Shown here piece by piece: positions 37,484-46,942 of a stretch of DNA of 64,000 nt; the first letter of the stretch is position 1, and each line of letters starts with the position of its first letter. The notes beneath the pieces are model-generated. The model saw nothing but the letters and a program-made list of their open reading frames with translations, searched no databases and was not told the DNA's origin. Source of the stretch: Candidatus Binatia bacterium (GTDB taxonomy: Bacteria > Chloroflexota > Limnocylindria > QHBO01); the NCBI GenBank assembly GCA_035512895.1, contig DATKDB010000104.1, forward strand, positions 1,818 through 65,817. The letters run 5' to 3'. Position numbers and translations under genes: made by a program.

Positions 37484-37506
37484 TTCGTAACGGCCGCCGT
37501 TACAAA
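37484..37506. promoter_or_regulatory. Palindrome TTCGTAAC-N7-GTTACAAA 48 bp upstream of the ChlI-like ATPase start
   Basis: Same motif and same spacing as the site upstream of the VWA gene at window start. Confidence 0.55.
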
Positions 37507-37784
37507 TCCGCTCGTGATGGCCAGGGCTCAGATCGGGCTGCCGCACGTCCACCGGCGCCCCCAGCGATCCCCCAGAAGTACCCCCCGCCGCGCGGGCGCG
37601 TCGGAAGCCGTGCGCTTGCTCGGCGGGTCCCAAAGTCAGGCATGACCAACGGCCCATCGCCCCCCGGTGACCATCGGAGCAGGATCGCGGCGTAAAGACC
37701 AGCGAGGTCGAAAAACGGCGATCCACTTCGGGTGCCGCGGCATCGGCCGGGCACCCGCTCCGAGCGAAACGGAAGGAATCTCAC

Positions 37785-38381
37785 ATGAACACGATGAACA
37801 CGCGAGGACGGCGCCGTCTCGCAGCCCTCGCGATCGGGCTGGGCCTCCTTGGCACCTTCAGCGCGGCGATGAGCCTGGCGGTCTTCACCGACCAGGAGAC
37901 CGTCGACGGCACCTTCTCGACCGGCTCGATCGTCCTCGACGCGGCGGAGATCGACGCCCTCACCCTGAGCGTCGCGGCCCTCATGCCCGGCGACGCGGTC
38001 ACCGATGACGTCGTCGTCGAGAACGACGGCACGGCGCAGCTGCGCTACGCGATCAGCACGGCCACCACGGACCCCGATGGTAAGGGCCTGCGTGACGCGC
38101 TGAACGTGACCATCCGCACGATCGACGTCACGACCCCGGGCACACCGTGCAACGACTTCGACGGCACCATCCTGTACGACGGCGTCATGGGCGCGGCGAC
38201 GGCCGCGGTCGGCTCGCCGGCCGCCGGAGCTGATGCCGGTGACCGAACGCTGGCCGGCCTGTCGAACGAGACGCTCTGCTTCCGCGTCTCGCTTCCCCTG
38301 GCCACGGGCAACGCGCACGCAGCCGCGACCGCGGTGACGACGTTCACCTTCGACGCGGAGCAGACGGCGAACAACCCGTAG
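37785..38381 (+). CDS. SipW-cognate-class secreted protein (TasA/camelysin-like signal region)
   Basis: MNTMNTRGRRRLAALAIGLGLLGTFSAAMSLAVFTDQETVDGTFSTGSIVLD. Confidence 0.7.
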   Translation: MNTMNTRGRRRLAALAIGLGLLGTFSAAMSLAVFTDQETVDGTFSTGSIVLDAAEIDALTLSVAALMPGDAVTDDVVVENDGTAQLRYAISTATTDPDGKGLRDALNVTIRTIDVTTPGTPCNDFDGTILYDGVMGAATAAVGSPAAGADAGDRTLAGLSNETLCFRVSLPLATGNAHAAATAVTTFTFDAEQTANNP

Positions 38382-38424
38382 GAGGCCGTGAAGAGGGAGC
38401 TGGCGGATCGGCCGCCGGCTCCCG

Positions 38425-38988
38425 ATGAACGGACCAACGACGATCATGGGATTCGTCCGGCACGTCCTCGGCGTGCTCATCGTCCTGCTCATCGGGATCG
38501 GCATCGCGACCCCGGCGGCCACGATGCTCGCCCCGATGATGGACCGCGAGCTCTTCGCCATCCGCGGCACCTCGATGGCGCCCACGATTCCGACGGGCGC
38601 GCTCTCGATCGTCGCCGAGCGTCCGGCGAGCGAGCTGCGTGTCGGCGACGTCGTCACCTGGCGCGGTGACAACGGCGTGTACGTCACGCACCGCGTCGCG
38701 GAGCTGCTCGAGGCAGATGGCCAGCGCTACGTGCGCACGAAGGGCGACGCGAACGTCACCGCCGACCCGGAGCCGGTGCCCGAGCGTGCGATCATCGGGG
38801 TCGTCGAGGCCTGGGTGCCGCTCGGGGGCTACGCGCTCGTCGTCCTCGCCACGCCGAGCGGCCTCGTCGCCTGGCTCTCGTTCGCCATGGCGCTGCTCGT
38901 GCTCGACAGCCTGCTCGGCGCACCCACGCCGCACGCCCCCCGCGCGCGCCACGTGGCGACGTTCGGGCAGCCGGTCCGCAAGGGATGA
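38425..38988 (+). CDS. sipW: signal peptidase I, SipW (archaeal/ER S26B) type
   Basis: FAIRGTSMAPTIPTGA (catalytic Ser box). TM anchors at both ends. Confidence 0.8.
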   Translation: MNGPTTIMGFVRHVLGVLIVLLIGIGIATPAATMLAPMMDRELFAIRGTSMAPTIPTGALSIVAERPASELRVGDVVTWRGDNGVYVTHRVAELLEADGQRYVRTKGDANVTADPEPVPERAIIGVVEAWVPLGGYALVVLATPSGLVAWLSFAMALLVLDSLLGAPTPHAPRARHVATFGQPVRKG

Positions 38989-39977
38989 TGGCGGCGATGG
39001 CGCAGGTCCATCGCCTGAGCCTCCTCGTGCTCGTGGTGGGCACCATCGTCGCGTCCCTGCTCGTCGGCGATGGCGCTCGCGTGTCGCTCGCCGTCTTCGG
39101 CGCCCAGGAGGAGACCTCCGCCACGACGAGCACGGCGGCCTGCTTCGTCGACGACCCCGCCGCACCCACGGTGACCGCGTCCGTCATCGCGAAGACGACG
39201 CCGTACCTCGGCGGCGCGATCCGAGAGGGCGGTGCCTATTACGTGTACGCGAACGTCTCCCCTGGCGCCCTGCCCGTGGCGGCCGTGACAGCCGACGTGC
39301 GACCGCTCACGTCCGGCGAGTTCCTCGTGCCGATGACGGCCGGTGCGTACAGCGTTGAGGGCACCTCGTACGGCTACCGGAGCGGGGCGCTCGCCGCCGA
39401 GTCGCCGCTGGCCGAGGGATCGACCTCCTACTCGGTGAGTGCATCGGACACGGCCAGCGAGTGCCGAACGGTCGCGTCGACCGTCGCGGTCGACAACACC
39501 CCGCCCGTCGGGACCGATGTCCAGCCGACGAACGGCGGCGGTCCGCCGGGAAGGATCCAGGCCGGCGACAGCATCACGTACAGCTTCTCCGAGGTCATCG
39601 ACCCCGAAAGCGTGCTCGCCGGCTGGGCGGGGGCGCCACAGAACGTCGTCGTCCAGGTCACGAACAATGGGAACAATGACCTGCTCACCATCTGGGACAC
39701 GGCGAACGCCACGCAGCTTGCGCTCGGGTCGACCGACGTGGGAGGCAACTTCGTCACGACGGACGTGACGCTCGGGGCGACGGGCACGCCGTCGACGATG
39801 GTGCAGAGCGGCACGACGATCACGGTGACGTTCGGCACCCCGACCGGCACGACGCAGATGGTGACGCAGGACGCCACCGCCATCTGGACGCCATCGGCGG
39901 CCGCGACGGACGCGGCCGGCAACCCGGGCTCCACGACGAGCGTCACCGAGAGCGGGCCCGCCGACCGCAACTTCTAG
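38985..39977 (+). CDS. second SipW-cognate-class secreted protein, Thr/Gly/Ser-rich
   Basis: LAVFGAQEETSATT mirrors AVFTDQETVDGTF of the first substrate. ATGA overlap with the sipW stop. Confidence 0.65.
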   Translation: MMAAMAQVHRLSLLVLVVGTIVASLLVGDGARVSLAVFGAQEETSATTSTAACFVDDPAAPTVTASVIAKTTPYLGGAIREGGAYYVYANVSPGALPVAAVTADVRPLTSGEFLVPMTAGAYSVEGTSYGYRSGALAAESPLAEGSTSYSVSASDTASECRTVASTVAVDNTPPVGTDVQPTNGGGPPGRIQAGDSITYSFSEVIDPESVLAGWAGAPQNVVVQVTNNGNNDLLTIWDTANATQLALGSTDVGGNFVTTDVTLGATGTPSTMVQSGTTITVTFGTPTGTTQMVTQDATAIWTPSAAATDAAGNPGSTTSVTESGPADRNF

Positions 39978-40867
39978 GTCGCCGAGGGGAACGCCGCCAC
40001 GGCAGCCGCGACCGAAGCCGGGTCGCAGACGCCGCGGCGCGCCAGGTCCTCCAGGAAGGACGACCGCCGCGCGAGCTCGGCCTCGAACGCCTCGGGGGTC
40101 GTGCCCAGGCTGTGCGCCAGGACGGCGCAGGCGGCCGAATCGTGCTCGAACGGCCGGGACAAGCGACCGCCGTCATCAGGAAGCAGCGGCGGCGACGGCA
40201 GGCGCTGTGCGCCGGTCAGGCTCGGGGAGCGGTCGCCGGTGATGGCGCCCAGCCGCACCGGGGCGAGCGCGCCGTCTTCGTCAAGGCGCAGGTGCCAGGC
40301 CTCCTCGATCCGCCGGTACATCCCGGCGGGCGTGGCGTAGGCCGAGTACTGCAGGTAGATCGTCAGGCCCGCGAGATCCGCATCGGTCGCGCCGAGGTGG
40401 GTGCGCAGGCCGTCGAGCGCCTCGGGCAGCGAGTCGGCGTGCATCGTCGCGCCGAGGCCCCAGCCCTTGCCCGCGAGCATGAGCGCGCCACGCGCCGCGC
40501 GGCCCCAGACGTAGATCGGCAGGTGGTCGCTCATCTCGTTGATGAGCAGGTAGCCGGTGCCCGGCTCGATCTCCTCGATCCAGTCGTACTCCTCCCACCA
40601 GCCGCGGACGAAGATGCCGGTCGTGTCCGGCGGCAGGAAGTCGACGAGGGCGCTCAACGCCGTCGTCTTGCCGGCCTGGGGCGCCTCGGAGCTGAGCATG
40701 ACGCTGCGTCTCCGGGAGACGACCGCCCAGAGAATCGCCATCAGGCGGCTGTCGATCGTCGGGGTCCCGATGAGCTCGACGGCGCTCATCGGCCTCGGCA
40801 GCGCCCAGTGATAGCCCCACCAGCCGTCTGGGAACCGGGCGGCCCACTGTTCGCGGCTGAGCGTCAT
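39974..40867 (-). CDS. minimal VirB11/CpaF/PilT-family secretion ATPase (RecA-like core only)
   Basis: Walker A SSEAPQAGKTTALSALVDFLPP. Walker B-like LLINEMSD. His-box-like GLGATMHADSLPEALDGL. I trimmed the ORF to MTLSREQW. Confidence 0.5.
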   Translation of the reverse strand: MTLSREQWAARFPDGWWGYHWALPRPMSAVELIGTPTIDSRLMAILWAVVSRRRSVMLSSEAPQAGKTTALSALVDFLPPDTTGIFVRGWWEEYDWIEEIEPGTGYLLINEMSDHLPIYVWGRAARGALMLAGKGWGLGATMHADSLPEALDGLRTHLGATDADLAGLTIYLQYSAYATPAGMYRRIEEAWHLRLDEDGALAPVRLGAITGDRSPSLTGAQRLPSPPLLPDDGGRLSRPFEHDSAACAVLAHSLGTTPEAFEAELARRSSFLEDLARRGVCDPASVAAAVAAFPSAT

Positions 40868-41012
40868 GCACGGACGGTACGGGCCGGCCACTCGCGGCGC
40901 AACACACCCACTGCGTGCGTGCGAACAGGCTCCGTGCGCCAGGCCCATTTTGCGTCCGATGCTCCGGTCCGGAACGAATCCTGCCTGTATCCGGGAGGAA
41001 ACGGATCAATGC

Positions 41013-41105
41013 ATGAAGGGAGACCCAACCATGTTCGGACTCGGAATCGTCGGCACGATCCTGCTGATCATCCTCGTTCTCTGGCTGCTCGGCGTCCTCG
41101 GCTGA
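41013..41105 (+). CDS. 30-aa hydrophobic peptide
   Basis: GGGAGGAA 12 nt upstream. MKGDPTMFGLGIVGTILLIILVLWLLGVLG. Confidence 0.4.
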   Translation: MKGDPTMFGLGIVGTILLIILVLWLLGVLG

Positions 41106-41107
41106 GC

Positions 41108-41560
41108 TCAGGAGGACAGCAGGCGCCGCTGGCGGGCGCGGCGCCAGGCGAACGTCAGGCGCATGACAACCCCCGCCAGCGCGTCAAGGACGGCGCCGGG
41201 CAGCCCGCCCGGACCGACGTGATAGTCAACCTCGTCCTCGATCCACGTGCCGCCGCCACGAGCGGCGGTGAACGTGTGCGAGTGGTGGAAGCGGCGCATC
41301 GGCCCTGAGAGCGTCTCGTCCACGATTCGCGCGCCCGGCACGTGCTCGGTGAAGCGGACGAGCCACGAGCGCTCGAAGGGGCCGATGCCGTAGCGCAGCT
41401 CCATCACGGAGCCCGCCCGCGGTGGGCTGGGCTCGACGCGAGCGACGCGGATGCGCACCGGAGGCGGCATGAGCCGCGCGAGGTTCGCCGGGTCGTCGAA
41501 GAACGCGAATGCCCGGTCGATGGGCGCGGCCACGCGACCGCGGCTTCGGATGACGGGCAC
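41108..41560 (-). CDS. SRPBCC (START/cyclase-dehydrase) family protein
   Basis: GTG start VPVIRSRGRVAAPIDRAFAFFDDPANLARL, 2 nt after the ALDH stop. Confidence 0.65.
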   Translation of the reverse strand: MPVIRSRGRVAAPIDRAFAFFDDPANLARLMPPPVRIRVARVEPSPPRAGSVMELRYGIGPFERSWLVRFTEHVPGARIVDETLSGPMRRFHHSHTFTAARGGGTWIEDEVDYHVGPGGLPGAVLDALAGVVMRLTFAWRRARQRRLLSS

Positions 41561-41562
41561 GA

Positions 41563-43044
41563 TCAGACCCCGAAGGGATTGATCGGCTTCGGCGACGTGC
41601 CCTGCAGGACCGCCTTCGTCTCGGTGTACAGGTCGAGCGCCTCGAGCGACTGCTCGCGCCCATAGCCGGACTCCTTGAAGCCACCGAACGGGACGCCGGG
41701 GAACGCGACGAACGGCGTGTTGATGCCGACAGCGCCCGAGCGGATCCGCTGCGCGACGCGGTGGCCACGCGCGCCGTCCGCCGTCCACACGGTCGCGGCC
41801 AGGCCGTAGCGCACGTCGTTCGCGAACGAGATGGCCTCCTTCTCGTCCGCGAAGCGGGTCAACGTCACGACCGGCCCGAAGACCTCCTCCTGCGCGATGC
41901 GCGAGCCATTGCTCACGCCACCGATGACGGTGGGGGCCACGAAGGCCGCGGCATCGAGGCCGTCGCCGAGCGACAGGTCGCCCCCGGCCAGGAGCTCGCC
42001 CCCGTCCTCCAGGCCCATCTCGACCATCCCACGCACCTTGTCGGCGTGCGCGCGGCTGATGAGCGAGCCGACCTTCGTGTCATCGGCCAATGGGTCACCG
42101 ACCGTGAGCGCCTTCGCCTGCTCCGCAAAGGCCAATGCGAACGCGTCGTACACCTCGTCCTGCACGAGGATCCGCGAGCGAGCCTCGCACGACTGCCCGG
42201 CCGAGTAGTAGATCGCCCACAGCGAGCCGATGACGGCTGCCTCGAGGTCCGCGTCGGCGAAGACGATGTTCGGCGACTTTCCGCCAAGCTCCAATGAGAC
42301 TCGCTTGAGCGTCTTCGCGGCGGCCGCGGCGATGCGACGGCCGGTCGCCGTCTCGCCGGTGAAGGCGACCTTGTCGATCCCCGGATGCGCGGCGATCGCC
42401 TCCCCGACCTCGGCACCCGGACCGGGGACGACGTTGAGGACGCCCGGCGGGATGCCGGCCTCGAGCGCGAGCTCGCCGAGCCGGATGGCGGTGAGCGGCG
42501 TCGCCGATGCCGGCTTGAGCACGAGCGTGTTCCCGGTCGCGAGCGCCGGTGCCACCTTCCAGGCGGCCATCATGAGCGGGTAGTTCCACGGGATGATCGC
42601 CCCGACGACGCCCACCGGCTCGCGCAGCGTGTACGACACGACCGCCGGGTTGACGACGTGCGAGCGCCCGTACAGGTGCTGCGCCGTGCCGGCGAAGAGC
42701 TCGAGGGTCGAGACCGCGACCTTGATCTCGGCCGCGCACTGCCACTTCGCCTTGCCGTTGTTGCGCGACTCGAGCTCGGCGAGCGCATCGGTCTGCTCAT
42801 CGAGCAGCTGCGCCAGCCGGTTGAGCATCCGAGCGCGCTTGGCGGGCGCCGTCTTCGCCCAGGCGCCGTCGAACGCGCCGCGGGCGGCGGCGACCGCCGC
42901 ATCGACGTCATCGGTTCCGGCCTGGGCGACCGTGGCGAGCTCGGCGCCGCGCGCCGGGTCGAAGGTGGGGAAGGTCGCGCCGGCGGCCGCGTCGCGGAGC
43001 TCGCCGTCGATCAGTAGCTGGGTGGCGGTGGTCATGGGCACCAT
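41563..43044 (-). CDS. aldehyde dehydrogenase family protein
   Basis: Catalytic regions LELGGKSP and YSAGQSCEA. Start MVPMTTATQLLIDGE. Confidence 0.85.
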   Translation of the reverse strand: MVPMTTATQLLIDGELRDAAAGATFPTFDPARGAELATVAQAGTDDVDAAVAAARGAFDGAWAKTAPAKRARMLNRLAQLLDEQTDALAELESRNNGKAKWQCAAEIKVAVSTLELFAGTAQHLYGRSHVVNPAVVSYTLREPVGVVGAIIPWNYPLMMAAWKVAPALATGNTLVLKPASATPLTAIRLGELALEAGIPPGVLNVVPGPGAEVGEAIAAHPGIDKVAFTGETATGRRIAAAAAKTLKRVSLELGGKSPNIVFADADLEAAVIGSLWAIYYSAGQSCEARSRILVQDEVYDAFALAFAEQAKALTVGDPLADDTKVGSLISRAHADKVRGMVEMGLEDGGELLAGGDLSLGDGLDAAAFVAPTVIGGVSNGSRIAQEEVFGPVVTLTRFADEKEAISFANDVRYGLAATVWTADGARGHRVAQRIRSGAVGINTPFVAFPGVPFGGFKESGYGREQSLEALDLYTETKAVLQGTSPKPINPFGV

Positions 43045-43057
43045 GGTACCGGGCGTC

Positions 43058-43939
43058 CTACGGATCGGCCTCGGCCTCGGCCCCAAAGCGGTACATGTCC
43101 ACGTCGCACACCGGCTCGTAGCCGATGGCCCGGTAGATCTTGTTCGAGGTCGGATTGGCGAGATCGGTGAAGAGGAAGACGAAGTCCCTGCCCCGGTCCA
43201 GCTGGTCCTGGCTGGCGGTGGCGGTGAGCGCGCTCGCATAGCCTCGACCGCGGAGCTCCGGCGGGGTGTAGACCGGACCGATGCGCACGCCGTGCGGCGT
43301 CTCGCCACTCGCTCCGACCATCGAGACGGGCTCGCCGCCGTCCTCCCAGAAGTAGACCCAGACATTCGGGCTGGCGAGCCAACGGGCGATCACCTGCTCC
43401 GGGTCGCGGGGAGGCGGCCCGAGGGGCATCGCCTCCGAGATGAACGCGAGCCACCATCGCAGCGCCAGCTCGTGGTCGCGCGGCTCGCCGAAGCGCCACG
43501 ATCCCGTTGCCGGACGCTGCGGTGGGATCACCCGTTCCAGGCGAAAGATGCGTTCGGCGAGCTCGATCCTCGCCGGCTGGCCCGTGGCATCGGTCCAGTG
43601 CCGGGCGAAGCGCTCCGCCGGCTCCGTTGGGCCGAGCACGCCCGGGAGGGGCTCCCCCGTCAGCGACGCAACGAGCGGCTCGACCGCCTCGGGGGTCTCC
43701 ACCCACGAGAGCACCTGGTTGTGCGGCGGCGTGCGGACGGTGGCCGCCACGATCCGGCCGGCGGCATCGGTCACGGTGGCGAAGCTCGGAGGCTCGTCAA
43801 CGAACCGGTCCGGCGCCGCCCGGACGTTCGAGCAGATGCCGAGGATGAGGTTGTGCTCGGCCTCGCGCGCCTCCAGGAAGGAGCCTGCCGCCGCCAGGAA
43901 CTCGTCGACCGTGCCATGCCGGTGGACCGTGAAACGCAT
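43058..43939 (-). CDS. GNAT family acetyltransferase (long two-lobe type)
   Basis: MRFTVHRHGTVDEFLAAAGSFLEAREAEHNLILGI. C-terminus RGRGYASALTA. Confidence 0.6.
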   Translation of the reverse strand: MRFTVHRHGTVDEFLAAAGSFLEAREAEHNLILGICSNVRAAPDRFVDEPPSFATVTDAAGRIVAATVRTPPHNQVLSWVETPEAVEPLVASLTGEPLPGVLGPTEPAERFARHWTDATGQPARIELAERIFRLERVIPPQRPATGSWRFGEPRDHELALRWWLAFISEAMPLGPPPRDPEQVIARWLASPNVWVYFWEDGGEPVSMVGASGETPHGVRIGPVYTPPELRGRGYASALTATASQDQLDRGRDFVFLFTDLANPTSNKIYRAIGYEPVCDVDMYRFGAEAEADP

Positions 43940-44004
43940 CGGCCAATGATGCCGTACGTCGCGGCCGCTCACCCGCGGCACTTCCGCTCGCGAGCGACTC
44001 GGAG

Positions 44005-45291
44005 TCAGGGCCCGACCTGCGCCGGCAGCCTGATGACGAACGTCGTCCCAGCCGGGCCGGTGGACTCCACCTCCAGGGTTCCACCGTTCGCCCCGATCAG
44101 TTCGCGCGCGACGGTGAGGCCGATCCCGCTCCCGGCCACGCCGGTCGAGCGCGCGCGGTCCGCCCGGTAGAAGCGCTCGAAGACGTAGGGGAGATCCTCG
44201 GCCGGAATGCCGGGGCCACGGTCGATCACCCGCAGCGAGCCCTCCGCCACCTCGACGCGCACGTCGGCGTCGCGCGGTGAGTGCTGGATCGCGTTGATCA
44301 CCACGTTGCGCAGGGCGCGCGCAAGCTGCCCGCGGTCGGCGGTTGCCCAAGCGTCGCCGACGACGACGGCCGTGACGCCGCGCTCCCGCAGCAGCCCCTC
44401 GGCCCCGGCCACGACCTCGCGCGCCAGCTCGCCGAGCGGGACGCGCTCCACCTGTCGCTGGAATGGCGCGGCCTCGGCCCGCGTCAGCTCGCCGAGCTGG
44501 GTGATCACGCTCGAGAGGTCCGTCGCCGCGAGGCGGGCGCGCTCGAGCTGCTCCGCGTCGGCGGCGACAATCCCGTCGACCATGGCCTGCAGCTGCGACT
44601 CCAGCACCGTCGCGGGCGTGGCCAGGTCATGAGCCAGGTCGCTGGCCGCACGGCGTCGGAGCTCCTCGGACCGTTCGAGGCGCGCGGCCATCGTGTTGAA
44701 GGCGGCGGCCAGCTCGGCGGACTCCGAGTCCGCACCGCCCCGGGCGCGTGCCGACAGATCGCCGCGCCCCAGCCGGCGCGCGGCCTCGGCCACCTCGCGC
44801 AGGGGTTGCGTCACCCGGCGCGCCACGGCGGCGGCCGCTATCAGGAGCGCGGCCACGGCCACGGCCCCGGTGAGCAGCAGCGCGGTGTTGAACGCTCCGA
44901 GGAACGGCGCTCGCGGGTTGGGCACGACGACCTCGAGCGTCCCGCCGCCGGAAAGCGGGTTCGACCACGTCTGGGTCTCCGTCCCCGCCGGCAGCCGTCC
45001 CGCGGCCGCCAGCTCGCGGCCATCCGCGTCGCGGATGCGCGCCACGCCTCGGCTCTCCGTCGCCACTCGCCTCACGAGAGCGTCCAGCCGTCGCTCCCCC
45101 ACCCCACGCTCCAGCGCCTCCTCGACGAACGCGACCGCCAGCCCGAGCCGCTGCTCGTCGCGCGGTCCGAGGGTGTCCTCCAACGAGCGCGACGCGGCGC
45201 GGTTCACGACGAGGCCGGCCAGGAGCAGCACGACCACGACGACGGCGGAGAGCAACAGCGCCAGGCGCACCGCCAGCGACTGCCCCCTCAC
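44005..45291 (-). CDS. sensor histidine kinase (2 TM, HAMP, HisKA, HATPase)
   Basis: SDLAHDLATP and GSGIGLTVAREL. GTG start overlaps the RR stop (GTGA). Confidence 0.85.
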   Translation of the reverse strand: MRGQSLAVRLALLLSAVVVVVLLLAGLVVNRAASRSLEDTLGPRDEQRLGLAVAFVEEALERGVGERRLDALVRRVATESRGVARIRDADGRELAAAGRLPAGTETQTWSNPLSGGGTLEVVVPNPRAPFLGAFNTALLLTGAVAVAALLIAAAAVARRVTQPLREVAEAARRLGRGDLSARARGGADSESAELAAAFNTMAARLERSEELRRRAASDLAHDLATPATVLESQLQAMVDGIVAADAEQLERARLAATDLSSVITQLGELTRAEAAPFQRQVERVPLGELAREVVAGAEGLLRERGVTAVVVGDAWATADRGQLARALRNVVINAIQHSPRDADVRVEVAEGSLRVIDRGPGIPAEDLPYVFERFYRADRARSTGVAGSGIGLTVARELIGANGGTLEVESTGPAGTTFVIRLPAQVGP

Positions 45292-46001
45292 GCCGTCGGG
45301 TCCTTCGCGGCGACCAGCCGGTAGCCGCTGGCCGGCACCGTCTCGATCAGCCACGGCTCGCCGGCGTCGTCGCCGACCTTGCGGCGCAGGTTGGCGACGT
45401 GGACGTCGACGACCCGCTCGTAGACCTCGTCCGGACGCCGGGCAACGATCTCCAGCAGCTGGGGGCGTGGCCACACCGCGCCCGGGCGCGACGCCAGGGC
45501 GACGAGGAGCGCGGCCTCGCCCGGCGTCAACCGCCCGGTGCCACCGTCGGCGAGCGTGTACCGCCGCGAGCCGGGATCCAGCACCAGCCGCCCACCGCCG
45601 AGGCTGAGCATCGGCGCATCGTCGGCGCCCGACGGTCGTGCGCGGCGCAGGATGGCCGCCACGCGGGCGGTGAGCTCGTGGGGGTTGAACGGCTTGGCGA
45701 GGTAGTCATCGGCACCGGCGCGCAGCCCGGCGATGCGCTCCGCATCGGTCCGCTTCGCGGAGGTGATGAGCACGGGCACGTCGCCCGCATCTCTCAGGGC
45801 GTCCAGGACGGTCTCGCCCTGCATGCCGGGGAGCATGAGGTCCAGGATCACGAGATCCGCGCCATCGGCATCGAAGGCGGCCAGGGCGGATGGGCCGTCC
45901 GCGGCCTCGATCACCCGGTGGCCCTCGCGCTCCAGGTAGAGGCGCAGCAGGCTCCGCAGCTGGGGCTCGTCCTCCACGATCAGGATGCGCGCGCGGCTCA
46001 T
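45288..46001 (-). CDS. OmpR-family response regulator
   Basis: ILIVEDEPQL...DLVILDLMLPGM plus winged-helix C-terminus. Confidence 0.85.
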   Translation of the reverse strand: MSRARILIVEDEPQLRSLLRLYLEREGHRVIEAADGPSALAAFDADGADLVILDLMLPGMQGETVLDALRDAGDVPVLITSAKRTDAERIAGLRAGADDYLAKPFNPHELTARVAAILRRARPSGADDAPMLSLGGGRLVLDPGSRRYTLADGGTGRLTPGEAALLVALASRPGAVWPRPQLLEIVARRPDEVYERVVDVHVANLRRKVGDDAGEPWLIETVPASGYRLVAAKDPTA

Positions 46002-46130
46002 CGGCGCATCCTACGCGGCCGCGTGTTCAGAGCATGTGAAGACGCACGATCCGTATCTTGGCGCGATCTTCATGCCCCGGGCCGATCATGACGCTCATCC
46101 GTATCCCACTCCAGCAGGAGACACAGACCG

Positions 46131-46817
46131 ATGCGACTTCGACTGGCGAAGACACTCGGCGCCGCCGGGGCGCTCATCACCGCCGCCATCGTGGGCGGGA
46201 CGCTGATCGGGTCAGCCCTGGCGGTCGACGAGGACGCCCCCACCGACAGCGATGCCGGCGCCTACTGCGAAACCTTCATGGACACCTTCGCCGCGGAGCT
46301 CGGGACCACCCGCGAGGGGCTCGTGGCCGCCGGCCAGGTGGCCGCCAACGCGGCCATCGATGCCGCCGTGGCTGCCGGCGACCTCACCGAGGAGCGGGCG
46401 GCCGCCATGCGTGAGCGGGTGGCCGAGCACGACGGCGAGGGCTGCCGCTGGTTCGGGCCCGGCCATCGTGGCGGGCCAGGGCGCGGGGCCGCCGGCTTCG
46501 TTCGCGGCTTCATCGGCGCCGGAAGGTTCGACGCCGCCGCGGAGGCGCTCGGCCTGGAAATGGCGGAGCTGATGGCCGGGCTGCGCGAGGCGGGCGGCCT
46601 CCAGGCGTTGGCCGAGGTTCAGGGCGCCAGCTACGACGAGGTTGCGGCCGCCGTCCTTGCGGACGCCGTGGCGGAGCTCGACGCCGCCGTCGCAGCAGGC
46701 GACCTGGCGCAGGAGCGTGCGGATGCGATCCTCGAGCGGGTGACGACCTGGCTGAACGATGGCGGCGAGCTTCGCGGCGCGCGACACCGCCACGGGATGC
46801 GCGACGAGGGCGGGTGA
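46131..46817 (+). CDS. secreted Ala-rich hypothetical protein
   Basis: Signal peptide MRLRLAKTLGAAGALITAAIVGGTLIGSALA. GGAG upstream. Confidence 0.6.
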   Translation: MRLRLAKTLGAAGALITAAIVGGTLIGSALAVDEDAPTDSDAGAYCETFMDTFAAELGTTREGLVAAGQVAANAAIDAAVAAGDLTEERAAAMRERVAEHDGEGCRWFGPGHRGGPGRGAAGFVRGFIGAGRFDAAAEALGLEMAELMAGLREAGGLQALAEVQGASYDEVAAAVLADAVAELDAAVAAGDLAQERADAILERVTTWLNDGGELRGARHRHGMRDEGG

Positions 46818-46942
46818 TCCGCGGCTGATCCGTACGAACGGGGCTCGCGTGGCACGGCCCTGAAGCCCCGGTCCAGGTGGGCTGCGGCCACCCAGGGGGC
46901 GGCCGCAGTCTCGCCGCAGTTGCGGCGAGTACAGTGCGCGCC

